From Utricularia gibba (taxonomy: Eukaryota; Plantae; Magnoliophyta): a DNA stretch of 64,000 nucleotides. A program made the translations under genes and the position numbers. Positions 48,613 to 62,431 of this stretch are shown in pieces. Location of the stretch: positions 3,162,001 through 3,226,000 of the forward strand of contig NEEC01000010.1 in the NCBI GenBank assembly GCA_002189035.1, read 5' to 3'. Numbering within the stretch: position 1 is the stretch's first letter; each line of letters opens with the position of its first letter. The notes beneath the pieces were generated by a model that worked only from the letters and a program-made list of their open reading frames with translations, was not told where the DNA came from and searched no databases.

Positions 48613-50842
48613 CTATCTTGGGGAGTTTTCATTGTCATGATTCTTCAGGACATCCCTCAACAGTTGCTTGGAAATATGAGTTTCTAGTTCTCTTGAGACT
48701 GCTGTTAGCTTCAGGTCAAAATCACTTTTGTGCTTGAGCTTTGGTGATGCAGCCTGCTGCTGCAAGGAGCAATGAAACCGTTTTCTGGGACTGGAGAACT
48801 GTCTCGGTGAACCAAAAGGCCTCCTCCCGTCTTGTGAGCAAGATGTTGATGATGCATCTTTGTTTGAGTTTATCAGCAGTCCGCTCTTTGTCTCGAGAGG
48901 CAATGGCTTTAGCGGATCCCTGCCTGTCTTGGAATCATGGCTCGAGGCTTTCTCCCTCGCCTGTAGAACTTCTTCCCTCTTCAGGTTGGTGAGTTTCCAA
49001 GGATCAAAGAATTCATGAAACCCTTTGGTTTCTTTTGAGGTAGATTTGGATAACATTTTCTGCACAATCTGTGACATGTTGTAGTGAATGCAGGTTCTCT
49101 CCTTCAAAAGTGAACAAAACCGACAGATAAGAGATGCATACATGTGAATGTTGCTTCATTCGGCCATTGCACATCATCCATGAAATGGCAGCTGGTGTTT
49201 CACATTTTTCTGGTTCCAGTACTTCATCTTCATCTTCGGATGAGAAGTCTGAAGAGTCATCAGACATCTCGAAGTTGAGAGATCGGTTTTCTTCCCTCAT
49301 GGCTAAAATGAAATCGTATGTCGAAATTCCCTGCATAGATTCGGTCTGAGAGATCGAAAATTATTGACTGGAGGAGTCTGAAGTCCTTGAGAAGGATACC
49401 TTTCTGATAAGAACAACATGAAAGAAGAACAGTTGTCCTAGAGCCGCCACAGTGTATGAAGTGAGTGCAACCAGCAGAATCTGTTGGTTCAAAACCAAAG
49501 ATGATGAATATTATGAGCCTCTCGAAAATAAGGCAAAAGTGAATCCTTGAGGAGACTCAGTGTAGAAAAATATGAAAGATTACACAAAATGTAGCAAGGG
49601 CTGCTCGTGGGAAGTTTCTGTAATGCCTTCTGTTCAACTCCTCTTCTATGCCCTTGCTATCAGCAAAACACCTGATGAATACTGCAAGTGCAGTACCGGA
49701 TTCCAGAACAAGCTGAAGGAGTAATCAGAAACAATTTCGGGTGAGGAGATAGATGCAAAGAGGAAATAAGAATCGAAGAGCAGAATCAAAAACAACTAAC
49801 CATTATCAAAAGGAAGATCATCAGAAGAAAGAATGTGGCATAGTTCTTTTTCCCAACGCAATTGTTCAGCCACTAAAGAAATTAGGATGCGAAAAAAACA
49901 AAAGGAATTATGTGAAGCTGATAGTAGAACTAGACAGATTGCATGTCCTGCAATGTAATCTTACTCTGCAATGGTGATCAAATCCCTCAACGCACCGATT
50001 ACATGTCCTGCAATGCTTGCTGTACTTGTTCACCTGAACATGAAAGGTTCAATATGAGTAATGTATATACTCATTAGTAAACATAAAATCTGTAGGGGAA
50101 TTTGCGAAACCTCGAAATCACAAAGATTACAGAATGAGATCTCGTTGTCTTTCGGGTTAGGAGTGACAGAATCATCTTGCAAGACGAGTGGGAATGGTAA
50201 AAGAGGCTCCATGTGTATTTTAGTTGTTAAAGGATCCAGGTACTTTCTTCTTATGCAAGTCCTTAGAATCTTCAGCTCAATTTTTCTTAGGAATCTCAAC
50301 AGTATTCTTCCAAGAATGTAACCATTATTGAGCTTTGAAAGCGCAGACTTTTTGCAAGGTCTCTTCTTTTTGAATCGGAGCCGGGTTTTATCCCCCGGAT
50401 CAATTGCCGCGCATCGTATAAACAAAAGAGCAGCAGCAACTGCCTGGAAATAGCATCAAAAGGAGTCTATCAAGAGAATCCTACCGTGCTGATTTTAATG
50501 AGGTGAGACTTGAACCTACCACGAAGGAGAATACACTGTTGAGTGCAATCTCAGCGATTCTCTGTCCGATAAGAAGTCCGGGAAAGCAGTAAAAAGCCGC
50601 AACTAGGAAACAAAAAACAGCCATACCCACAATCTGAAAATGGGGTAAAACCAGGAATGCAGTCACCACAATGGATAACCGAACTTAGAAATAACAGGAT
50701 CTGGAGCTCATTTTTGCAAATCCGAACAAAGATTCATCAATTTGGAACACCAGATGAAAAAGTAGAATGAGATCAAAACCTGCAAAAGGTTAAAAGGGCG
50801 TTGCCAGCCATGGCGCCTGGTTTCGTAGGCGGCTAGTGGCAT
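48613..50842 (-). CDS. PAT18: DHHC protein S-acyltransferase 18-like, multi-exon
   Basis: [60 protein letters not shown]...SPR*. Confidence 0.9.
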
Positions 50843-51397
50843 CCGGAACCTCGTGCAAAAGCTGATGCTTGATACTGAGAACAAGAAGAAGAAGAAGAAA
50901 GAAGGGCTTCTCCGGCTTGACCAATTGATTCCCAACGGATAGAAAAGGGAAAATAGTAAATGTCTTTGAATTTGAAATGAAGCGGAAAACTTTTGAAAAT
51001 TTACCTTTCCTACCCCACTACTTTTATCTTATTACATTTACACCCACTCAGTATGTTTCAAGAGGTGGGCTGCTTCTGCACATCTTCAAATTTCATCACA
51101 CTACCAATCTGCATACATAACTAACACATTCATTCCTGCAACTTCATATCAGCCGGCTGGTTCCATTGTGCTGATTCCACTGGTTTTTTGTTATCCTTGG
51201 TTCCAACATTTGGAGCCAGAATTCCGATGGGATTGAACCGGAACCATGATTCGGTTCCATTTCGAACCAGACATGGCTTCAAAAATGAAAAACATGAAAG
51301 AAGAGATGCATGGGATTGGTGTGAATGAGAAAAGCTTTGGGGTACTCTGAATCATTCCTCAACTCTTGTAGCTTTTGGAGTAGTCATACACTTGATC

Positions 51398-54300
51398 TCA
51401 TCTGTATGCATTTTGTGAGAGGTAGTTTGTTACCTCAGCAGCCATTTCATAGGCGCCCTCTACGCATCTTCCGAGAGCAACTCCAGACACGTAGTTGCCT
51501 CCCAGAAACAGCCCTTTGAAGCCACCATTGCTCAATGCAGCTCGGGCGTTGGACAGCACGTCTAGATGACCGATTGTGAACTGTGGAATTGCTCGGGGCC
51601 AGATACGCACGCCGAGCACATGTGGGTCTGATGCATTGGATTTGATGAGCATTTTCCTCAGATCACGATCCACCGCCTCCACGAGCTGGCTTTCTGTCTG
51701 ATGAAGGAGAAAGCATTAGTGAGCAAAGGAACTGAAGGATGGAATCAGGTCCCATTCTAAATTTTCTTTAAAACATTTTTGACTCTTGATCAGCAAACTT
51801 TAGATTTGTAACGAGATTTCATTCAAGTCAAAGATATGAATCCAAAAACCAATATGATTCAAAAGCAAACGTTAGATTTGTAACTTGCTATACTAATAGT
51901 ACGCTCTTTTCAGTTCAAGAATGCAGCTAAATCGACCAAGACAGGCAAAAAATGGTCGAAAACTGCGTGATACCTTTGAAACAATTCCGGTATTGGTGGC
52001 TCCACCAATGTAATTCAAAAGAAGAACTCTTCCAGGTGGAGCACGGTTGGGGAAGAGTGCTGAACTGTATATTGTTCCTGAAGGATGAAAGAAAAATATT
52101 TGCTCAGTTTAATGGCAAGTATTTGCCATGCAAAAGAACAAAAGACAATGTCATGACTTTTGGTAACAGGGAATTATTATTCAGAAGTAACTTCCTGTAG
52201 AGCACATACCCAAAGTTTCTACTCCTTGAGAACGGGGATGCAGTTGGCCAAACCCCTTCAATTCACCATCAACCAAACGATCTTCACGAATGGCTTCTTT
52301 TGGATAAGAAATAGTAACTGCTGCAACAGGTGGGTAATAAAACTTCGATAGCTCATCTGCTGCCACGGCCTGCAAAAAAAGGCAGAAATATTATGAGAAG
52401 TTGTTTCCTATGATATCCAGTAAAAACCATCAGTATCAACAAATCCTGACATCTAAATTTGTCAGAATCATTTCAATAAGAAGGAACAAGCAAACACATG
52501 TTCATCAAAAAGGTAATGCAAAAACCATAAGAACTTAGCAGCATACCATTTTAATTTACAAAACATTTTTTCAGTGGATTTATGTAAAATCGAAAAAAAA
52601 ATATCACATGTGGATCATGTAGGTATACCGAAAGTGGCTGCAATATGGTACTTGCTGTATATGATGGAATTGTCAACACAACAGTTCTGCTCCGAAGAGA
52701 AACTGTTCCTTCAGGGGTTGCATAGGTTAATGAATACCCTTCATTCCGCAATGAAGAGATAGTCTCAAGTCTCCAGGACAATTTGACTTTTTCACCTAAG
52801 CTAGAAAAATGAAATCATGCATATGAGTGAAATATGCGTACACAAAATTCTGTTCAGTATAACTTGCTTCCTTGAATATATTTAAGCAATCTCAATGGAT
52901 ATGCAGGTCCATACTGACGTCAAAATTCCTCATTTTTATAAGAAAAGTCACCATGTTAACGTTAGCTACACCATGTTGGAGTCATCCAGTAATAAAAAAA
53001 AATGGCTGTTTCTCCCTGTTTTGATATATGGATTAGTGCCAGGTTAGTGGCACAACACCACCAAGAATAGATAGGTTTCTTCATAATGCACAAAAAACAC
53101 AGATGCTTTTAAGAACTTTAAGAAACTGTAAAGCATTCTTAGACTAGCGGAAGAGAAGAACCTATCATAAAATTCTAAAGTACGATAAACCTTGAGGGAA
53201 TCATTATAGTACCTTTTCGAAATTGCATTAGGCAACATCATCAGGCCCTTCTTAAATGATCCAACAGTTTGGCCTTGTGGTTTGGGTAGACGACTGCATT
53301 ACAAACTCAATCAAACTTCACTGATTAAAGCAATAAAAAACCTATCGCCATCAGAATAGTCAACAAAAACATGCCTGAGAAAAAAAATGCGCGTGCTAGA
53401 TTGCTAACAGTCATTAGAAAGTATATCAACCATTCAGATAACATTTTGTCATATCGATCCTTGCAATGCAGTCTATACAGCCCTATCCTAATGCAAGGCA
53501 ACCAAATGTGTTTCTAAGCTAGGGGCTTTACTCCCTTTAAATGTTTCCAGCCACAGTAGGCACGTTGAAGCTAGACTTGTTTTAACTCCCAAACAAAACA
53601 GCACGCACTTAATCACTTACGGATCTCGAGGAATCTTAGGAGCGCGAGATTTTTCCTGAATAGCCTTAAAGGTTCCACCAATAATGCTTCCACCATTTTT
53701 CTCTAGTTGCCAAACTTTTCCAAAAGCTGCCTTCATACTTAGCTTTGATGGATCACCGGCGTAGACACCTTTGTGAAAGAAAAAACAAATATATTACAAA
53801 ACACTACGTAAATGATATGTTTTCTGAAAGAAAGGATTTTGGATATTACAAAGTGTTCGCCTCATAACATTCAAAAGGAGAGAGGAGTACCAGAGCAGAA
53901 GGGCTCAATTAACCTTTCAAAGACTTCATCACCAAGATTCCTCCGGACAAACTCCTCCACTGACTCCTCGTAACCCTGTTTCGAGTTAAATGCATTCAGC
54001 GCGCCAAATCAAAACCACACATGTCGAAAAGGAACTAAAGATGAATTTGCCACAAACTGGTGGGGACGCGCGAAGACCAATTGCGCCAAGGCCAGCTCTG
54101 ATTTTACCAGGAAAGCTCATCAAATCGAAGAAAGGCAAATCTGTCGGGTTGGACGGTACGGGCCTCAGCTTTCCATCCCAGAATACAAAACGAGGAGCAG
54201 TTGGGTCACCCAAAACAAGTTCATCTTTTAACCCACTGTCCACCTGCAATCATAATGTTAAAAGCAAGGACAATGCGAACTTCAAGGCAGCACCAGTAAA

Positions 54301-54723
54301 ATGAAATTGTACAGAGGCGCTCACCACCATGGTAAGGATAGGATCAGAGGGTTGGAAGCTGTTAGGACCTTCTTCCCAAAGATAACCATCATTCTCAACA
54401 GTGGTGATATTCCCCCCCACTCGTTCTCTGGCCTCCGTCACCACCAAATTGGTGCCGCGGTACTTGGTGGAAAGGGCTTGGGCTATACAGAGTCCACTGA
54501 TCCCAGCCCCGACGACGACGCAATCCAGAATCGGCATTTCGTCGCTGCTCCCAGAAGAAGACGCTATAGCCGGGGTGCCCTCAGCAATGGAGCACCGGAT
54601 TCTTCTCCGATTCCGGTAAGCGTGGCGAGGAATCGAGAAGGATGAAGGAGAGACAGAAATCTGAGCATTCGAAGAAATGAATGGCGAGGCGAGATGGCAG
54701 TGGGCGACCGCAAAGCCACCCAT
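51398..54723 (-). CDS. PPO1: Protoporphyrinogen oxidase 1, plastid, 9 exons
   Basis: [73 protein letters not shown]. Confidence 0.97.
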
Positions 54724-55243
54724 CGTCAACAAAGCGAAAGCTAAACCTAACTCAGACAAGGCAATGGAGAACGCGATCAATGGCCGATGGGTACCGGCAA
54801 ACGCCAACTGATAGAGAGAAGAGAAAATCTCCTTACCGCCACGTGGATGGATAAAACAGGTTTGCGGGTTACTGTTATTACAATTCAAAAATTATTATTA
54901 TTATTATTAATGCGAACTCATTTCACCCATGGGAGCTGCCACCGACTCCAATTATTCATAATTTATAATGCAATATATTTTTCTAAAAAAGGGGTTTCAT
55001 TTCTCTATGACATCCCCTAGAAAATTGGGAAGAAAGCGGTGGAGATGATGATGAGGAGAGTTCCCCCAGCTCGATGCTCCTCTCTATGTGTGCAGCATGG
55101 CGCTTGCTATTCAGTGTTGTGTATCCATTACATGGCTGGGCAGCCCACAGACAGCTGCCAGGTTTGAGCTGTGGCATGTACACTCGTCCACACACGAAAA
55201 GTAGTGTAGTGTATGGGGTGTGGCGAGGAAGACCAAAATGATC

Positions 55244-58200
55244 TCATTTATCTATTCTGATGTTGCTACAGAGGTGTCTGAGTTCAGGCCTTGCTTCCAT
55301 CCAAGATGTGAAGCTTGTCTCACTCGGGGACGTGCTGTACAGGTATGATCTGAATGCAATCAAGAAGAAGTATCGCCTGCGGGAGCAACAGAACAGAATA
55401 ATGGGGTTATCTGATGAACTCGAGAATGGATGGCGTGAGGGAGTAGTAAAAGAAGGTGAACCTTAGAGCCTTGACGCCCATGTCCATGAGGAACGCTCGC
55501 TGCTCATCGTTTCCATCTGGGAGCTTTTCAAGTTCTTTGTAGTAGTGAAGAATATCATCTCTCAGATGTCCGGACCCAGCACACCTTGCCAAGAACATGG
55601 GAGTACATGTTAGTACCTTAACAAACACTATCATCTAGGAGACTATGGATTCCAGGTGCGCAAATGCAAATTGCATTGTTCGAAGGTTAGCACAGAATTG
55701 AGATGCAAGTAGGGGATAAATTAGCAAGGGAGGATTGGCGATTTTGAGCATTTGAACGCTGAATAGTGAGCAAAATCAAGATGGTACAGGAAGCAAAAAA
55801 AGAAAACCTTACTGGTCTATCACAAGGTCCACGTCTGCTTTGCTCTCGGGGCCATGAACCAGGACCCTTATTAGGCTCAGAATGTCTCTATAATCAACCA
55901 TTTTGCGTGTTGCATCATCAGGACTGAAATTTTCATCCAGAAAATTAGGTGAATGTGAAGTTCCGGTTGATCTAGGGGAATGCAACGGCAGTCTTTTATT
56001 TGCTTCAAGACTTAGACATGTAATAGCCATAGCATATGCAACCCTCCAAACCCTGTGTGTGATACAAAAAGATAGGACCCTGCAGAGCTAGAAAGACAAG
56101 GAAAAGAGTCCATGGGTTAACCAGATTGGAACTGACACGTCGAAACTAGAAAATAGAGTGCCATTGAAAATCTAGATGGCAAGATACAAAACTAAAAGTA
56201 AATTTTTTAACTTTATTGAAGTGGTAAGAGAAGATGTGAGCATTTCTAGAGCATACACATTTACTTGTTTCAAGAAACAAGAAAAGAAAAGAAATACTCA
56301 CTCATCCTTCCGGTATTGGATTGAATCAACGTCCGAGGCTAGAGCTTCTCTCTCCCTGGTTAATGGAATTCTCTGGTATGCTATATTGTATCCTTCACGC
56401 TTCAGAATTTCATAAACTTCTGATGGCGTCTTAATATCATCCAAAAAAACATTTTCCCAGTACCCAATGACAGCAGTCTGCTTCAACTCAGAGTTGTATT
56501 CTTCACGGTGTAAAAGCATTCTACCACCAGATAGTTTTATCTCAGAAACGATATCTTCCTTCAGACGTCCCTCCATGTTTTCCACCTGTAAAATGGAAGA
56601 TAAATAAAGAAATCGAACATATTTCAGTTAAATCCTTTATCCCCACTGAGAAATTCCCATAGAGGGCGTACCGCTGAGCCAGTGATCCCTACGTGCTTCA
56701 GAGTGTCAACAGGATTACTCAATTCCCTCAGAACAAAAGGGATATTGTTGATGTAAACAACAGCTTCTTCTCTTAAATCTGTTAAAACTACTTTCTCAGA
56801 AACACCTCCTGATGAGCATTTAGCACCAAGGAAGCCTAACATGTGTTTAGCACCAGAAACTGTAGGGGTTGCCATGCTATAAACACGATATCCATCTACC
56901 TAAAATTTGTAAACAATAATGTAACATCAGACATCATTTTATGCGAATTACAATCTCATCATAAGAGAATAAAGTTTCCCCCAGGCCCCAATTTCTAAGT
57001 TCAAAAATTCTGAGAAATTTCATGCACTTGGTAACATGGATTCTCCTTGAAAACTACATCAACTGCAAGTTTTCTATGACAACAGAGTCTGATATGAACA
57101 TGCAAATATTTACATTTCACATGCTTACCTTGTGAACATGGAGCGCACCAGGAATTTGTATGTCGCTAGAAGTTTTCTGACCAGGAAAGAAATTCATCTT
57201 GAGAATAGAACCTTTTCCCAGAACCGAACCATTACGACTGTTAACAGTTGCCTCCATTACAGCATCTCCATGTTGAGACTCATGTGGAGCTCTTAGTTCC
57301 TCCTGTAATGAAAAGGTAAAATACAGTCAACGGGGGGTAGAGGTAAAAGGATGATTTTTCCAAAGTTTGTTCAATGGAAGAAGCTTTACAGGAATATTTA
57401 AGAATTGCCCAGGCCTTAATCTGATTGACCATTTCATTGATTGAAATTCAGGTTTTTGGTGTAGCCAACTCTTAAAACTCATTCTTGACTCTCCTTGTCC
57501 AAGAAAACCATCAAATGCTTCGCTTCCTAGGTATGCAGCAAAAGCAATTAAACGGAAATAACGCTCCAAGTACTCAGCACCCCGATTCAACGCCACTCTC
57601 CTTTCTCTGGGCTCCACATTCTGCTGATTAAACAGCTGCCTGTATTGCAAGACAGCTTGTCTTATATTCTGCAAAGCAGAACATCGATCAATTACAAAAT
57701 CTAATGCTTCTCGGCATACAGCCCCATTATCAAACAATCTTGTGATCTTTGAGAGTAATGGAATGTCATTAATCCCAAATGAATCAATGGGGCCTTCATT
57801 TGCACTTGATTTTTCTGGAATGTCGTTAATGTCCCTTTGCAAAGAGACATTATCCTCAATTTTAGAATCACAGCAAGAACCTGACTCTTTAGGTGAACAG
57901 AGATCAGAGAACACTTTAAGGGGCCTTCCAAAATCAATTCGAAGTTTCAGAAGGCAAGCAATAACTGTCCCCGTAGTCGTCCTTCCAATCCCCATCTACA
58001 AGGTTTTGAAGTGTAAGAATGATGACTATGTATTGGTCCCAGACAGCAGCATGAAGCAAATTAAAAAATACAACCTGACAGTTGAACACAAATGCTGTAT
58101 CCTTTGAAGCTGATAAAACGTTTGATGCCAAGGTGTCAAAATCAGAAGCGCTCGGAGCTTTACCATCAGTTATTGGCACTCGTGCGTATTTTATAGGGTA

Positions 58201-61200
58201 TCCATCCGCTTCAAAGCAACTAAATACCTCCCGAGGAGTCTGAACACAGTTCGCATTCACTTGTTCCCATGCAACCGATATTCTTCCATCAACAGTTTCA
58301 TGAATGACCATTACCGCTCCTTGATACTGTTCAGCTTCGCGCAAAATATCATCTTTCAGTCTAGCTTCCATCCTTTCAACTCGTTCACAACCAATCCCCT
58401 AAAAAATGGTCATTTTATATATATAAAAAAAAAGGATCTACAAAAAGAGAGTACCTTCTGAAGTGATCATATATGCATGGCTTCAAAATGCAATTACCAA
58501 AGGGCTGTGTTATAAAAGCAAGGGTTATGAGTATACCGTATATTCTCTCATGTTTTTGTATGGCCTTTCAAGTTCACGAAGTACAAATGGTTTTCCATTG
58601 ATGTAAACAACAGGTTCTTCTCTCATATAGTGCCAGAATACTGGTCTTCCACCTTTCGAACTCCCAATCCTCTGAATGACTGACAGAATTCCAGAAATGG
58701 TTGGAATAGCAACACCATAAACAGGAAATTCAGGAATTTCACGAAAATTTGGAGCGCCTTCTATTTTCTCAGGCAGATTTGGGTGTTGACAACCAGGACA
58801 ATGGTCACTCTTGAGTATCGTTTTGCTTCCAAGAACCTCACCACTCCGTAAAACAGAAACTTGGCTCATCTCCAGAGGACGGCCTTCACCTGATGCAGCA
58901 TTTTTCACTACAGATGGCTTTAAATTGCCATAGCCAAGTGCACCCATTGGGTCTCTACGAAGCAATCTGAAAAATATATTGCAAGTGTAAATCCTTGAAA
59001 AAAAGTTTCATTACTCATACATCTAAGAAAGAGAAACATAAGGCATCCTAAAAACTCAATTATGAGGCATATCACCATCATAAGATAGGAATTATATTAC
59101 AAGAGAGAACGCAAAATTCCATCCCACCTGCGAAGTATGCTGTAAAGTTCTGGCTTGTCCCTCATCCACTCAGTGAAATTATTAACATGAGGTTTGTAAG
59201 AAGGACCTTCTCTTCCAGTTTGAAGATATACAGAAAAGCAGATAAGGAAATAATATCTCTCCAAGTACTCTACAAAAAAGAGAGAGATGATTCCCGCTTC
59301 ATTTCATCAGCTTGACATAGAATACTGCTGCGATAAGAAGCAATAGCTTCACGAAGATTCTGCATTTACATCAGGGAAAAAAGTAATAACTAAAAGCAAT
59401 CATCTAGGACAGTTTACTGCCAGTAGAATTCACACGCAATGGAAGAGTATCTACGAAGTGTTTCATGACGCACACCTGCATTGCTGAACATTTATCAATA
59501 ACTGCATCAACCTGACGTTTTCCTTCAATTCCACCCTTCAGGGACAGCATTAACGAATGAAAATTCATGACTAAGATTTAATCGTAACATAATATCAAAA
59601 GAGCAACATACTTACTTCCAAGACTCGAATAAGGCTTCTTATGACTGTATATTCACCTCGGCGAATAGCCTCCTCTGAACTAGGTATATCAGCAATGATG
59701 CTGGAATTGCAGTCAGTGATTTTCCCCATGGGAATATTCTGTATAGTACCTGCAATTATAACAACCACAATATCATTTTACATTAGTAGAAATTCAGGAA
59801 CATGTATATCATTCTCCTTAATCAGAGTTTGCTATCATTAGCCAGACACAGTCAACAATGATGGCATTAGGTGTGCGATATGATACTAAAATAACTTTCT
59901 TGGAAGAATCTGAAAAAAGGGTACTAACCTGCTGCTCCAATACGATTAATACATATCAAAGTTGCAATCACCATGCCTGTGGTAGTTCTTCCACGGCCCA
60001 TTTGGCAATTGAAAACAATCTGAGTACCTATCTGTGCTTCAGATACTTTGTGAACCTAGATGTGAAGGATTGAAGGAACACAGATTGGTATATTTGTGCG
60101 CACAAGCAGGCTTTAGCATATCATAAGATAAGCCAAAGTTTTTTAATGTCTGAAATGTAAGCAATGTTGCATTAACATGTCTAAACACACTGAGATTACG
60201 AAGAAAACTCACCAGAATATCAAAATCATGTTCCTTGGGAGTTTTTTCATCTGTTATGGGTACACGTTCATAATAAACTGGGTACTCATGTGCCAATTCC
60301 TCGTAAACCTACTTCCTCAAAATACAGATACGAGTGAGAAGATTTTACACGGATATCTGAATTCATTTATCTAAGGCATATACCTCTAGTGGTGTCTTTA
60401 CAGAATCACAAGAAACCGGTTCCCATTGGTCTACCATTTGACCATTAGGTAGTTCATCTGTAACAAGTATTTTATTTCCATATCTGTTGAATCGGGGAAC
60501 ATTATTTTAACATTGAAATACTCTCTGCATAAGGATACTAGATATGCCTACAAAAAAAAAAAAAAAACCACAGCAAAGAAACTTTATTACCTGGAAGATT
60601 CCATCAGCACATCTTCTTTAAGCCTATCTTCCATCTGCTCTACCCTGGCCCTGATAATACCCTACTTTTATTTGAACAACAAATACCAAATAAAAGGATA
60701 GCAAAATAAAGGATCAGATGAGATTTTAGAAGAAACTAGTAGGTTCCTACATCAATATTTCAGTAGCGAATTAACCAAGATGAGGTTTTCCAGCATGTTG
60801 CAACTACAGAACCCAATATCAAGCCATAATATTTTCCAGACATTTAGGAAGAAATTGCAGAAGGATAGTATAACGAAGGTATTAAGAAGACCCTTAATTA
60901 GAAGATGGACAAAATGTTAGGAGGTCCTATTTTTATGTCAGAGTCCTTTCCTCCCTGAGCATTTGACCAAAAAAAAGAAAAAAAATAACAACTTGGGATG
61001 CACCATGTTTATACTTCTGGTTCACATTCACAAAACTGCAAAATATGCAAGAAGAAAATCCATGCATATTTCTTTATAGATATCAGCCCACCACAGATTC
61101 ATGGGAAATTCACCAAAAAAAGGACAACAGAAAGAAATCTTATGCTAAGAACAAGGATAAATCAAGCGAGAGTACACACCGTATACTCAAGATTTGAAAA

Positions 61201-61782
61201 AGGCTTCTCCACATCACGCAAAACAAATGGCCGGCTATTAATGTAAATCACCTGGTTCATCAAACAGAAAACTCAGAAATATATGGATAGGGCACCTCAG
61301 TATCTTCTACCACTTATCTTTAAAGCAGCACTGACAGTACAAAGAAAAAAAAACATTCTCTATCCTGTAATCCCGTTCCTTATTCACAATTACCGGTTCT
61401 TCTCGAAGATTTATCCACAGAACATGAATACGATCCTCGATAGCTTGATCCAAAATGTGCTTGAGAACATTCCGGATGCCATCAATCGTAGGTATAGCAA
61501 CGCCATGAACGGGCAAACTATCCGCCTACAAAAAGAAAAAAGAAGCAAACAGCTTCATGCTTACGCTTTTGAAGTTCCGACAGCAAATAATGAAGCGCAG
61601 GGGCATAATCCCTAAACCATTGCAACAGCTACCTTGCGGTAGTTAGGAGCTCCATCAATGTGCGGAACCAAGCGTTTGTTATGACAACCTGGAAAATGGT
61701 CGCTCTTAAGAATGGTTTTCTTTCCCAACACCGACCCATCCCTATGCCTTATCACCTGCGCTGGCTCCTTCGGTATCGACAT
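55244..61782 (-). CDS. Paladin-like protein with three PTP-like repeats, about 20 exons, two apparent -1 frameshifts (59274-59279 and 56042-56044)
   Basis: Repeated GSVLGxxxILKxxHFPG, GAPNYR/FR, NLREEPVxYIN, RVPITD and FNCQMGxGRTTTG motifs, ending RYFFLIAFRSYL...NIRIDK*. Confidence 0.9.
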
Positions 61783-62431
61783 AGCGGCCACTACCCTCCG
61801 CCAACCATGAACATGCGAAAACACGGTTAACGAACGACGACGGCCTTCCACCAATTCACCAAAGCGACTACCGAGAAGAAACCGAAAAAGACGAAGAAGC
61901 AATCAAACTGAGAGCGAGAGAAAGAGAAAGAGAGGAATCGGAGAATGTCTGATTGAAGTTTACTCACTGTATGTGGATTCCGGTGATCCGCCATGGAGCC
62001 TGATACATATGATTCTCCCACAGTTCCGTAACCGATCGGGAATATTCTTTCCTCTTTTTCGTGTATGGATCGACTTGTGCGGGAAGTTGGCGGTAGGGTC
62101 CAACTCGGCACCCTTTTTAGCTTTTAATGCGATTTATCTCATGCACTCCTCTTGTCAACCAATCATGTCGTCCAACACCCTCATAATGTGCATGCCAGTG
62201 GCAACACTTATCCATATCCTCACCCGGCACGCAACTTCCCTTCCCAATTCTCCCATTTCTACCTTCTCCTTCATTCACACTTGGGAAGGAACGAAGTTCA
62301 GTGGGATAGTGAAGAAATAAGTTTGGTTTTACAGTGATAAGACATGGGGGCATGCATCATGCATGCCACACACTACGTTATAGTGTTCTGGTTCTCTGAG
62401 CTCTCAGTTTAGGAGCGAGCATGGAGAACTC

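Noticed and set aside
51235-51270. Small hairpin GGAACC-N7-GGTTCC within AACCG-rich sequence, a possible MITE relic
   Set aside because: Only a 6-bp stem, with no terminal inverted repeats or target-site duplication.
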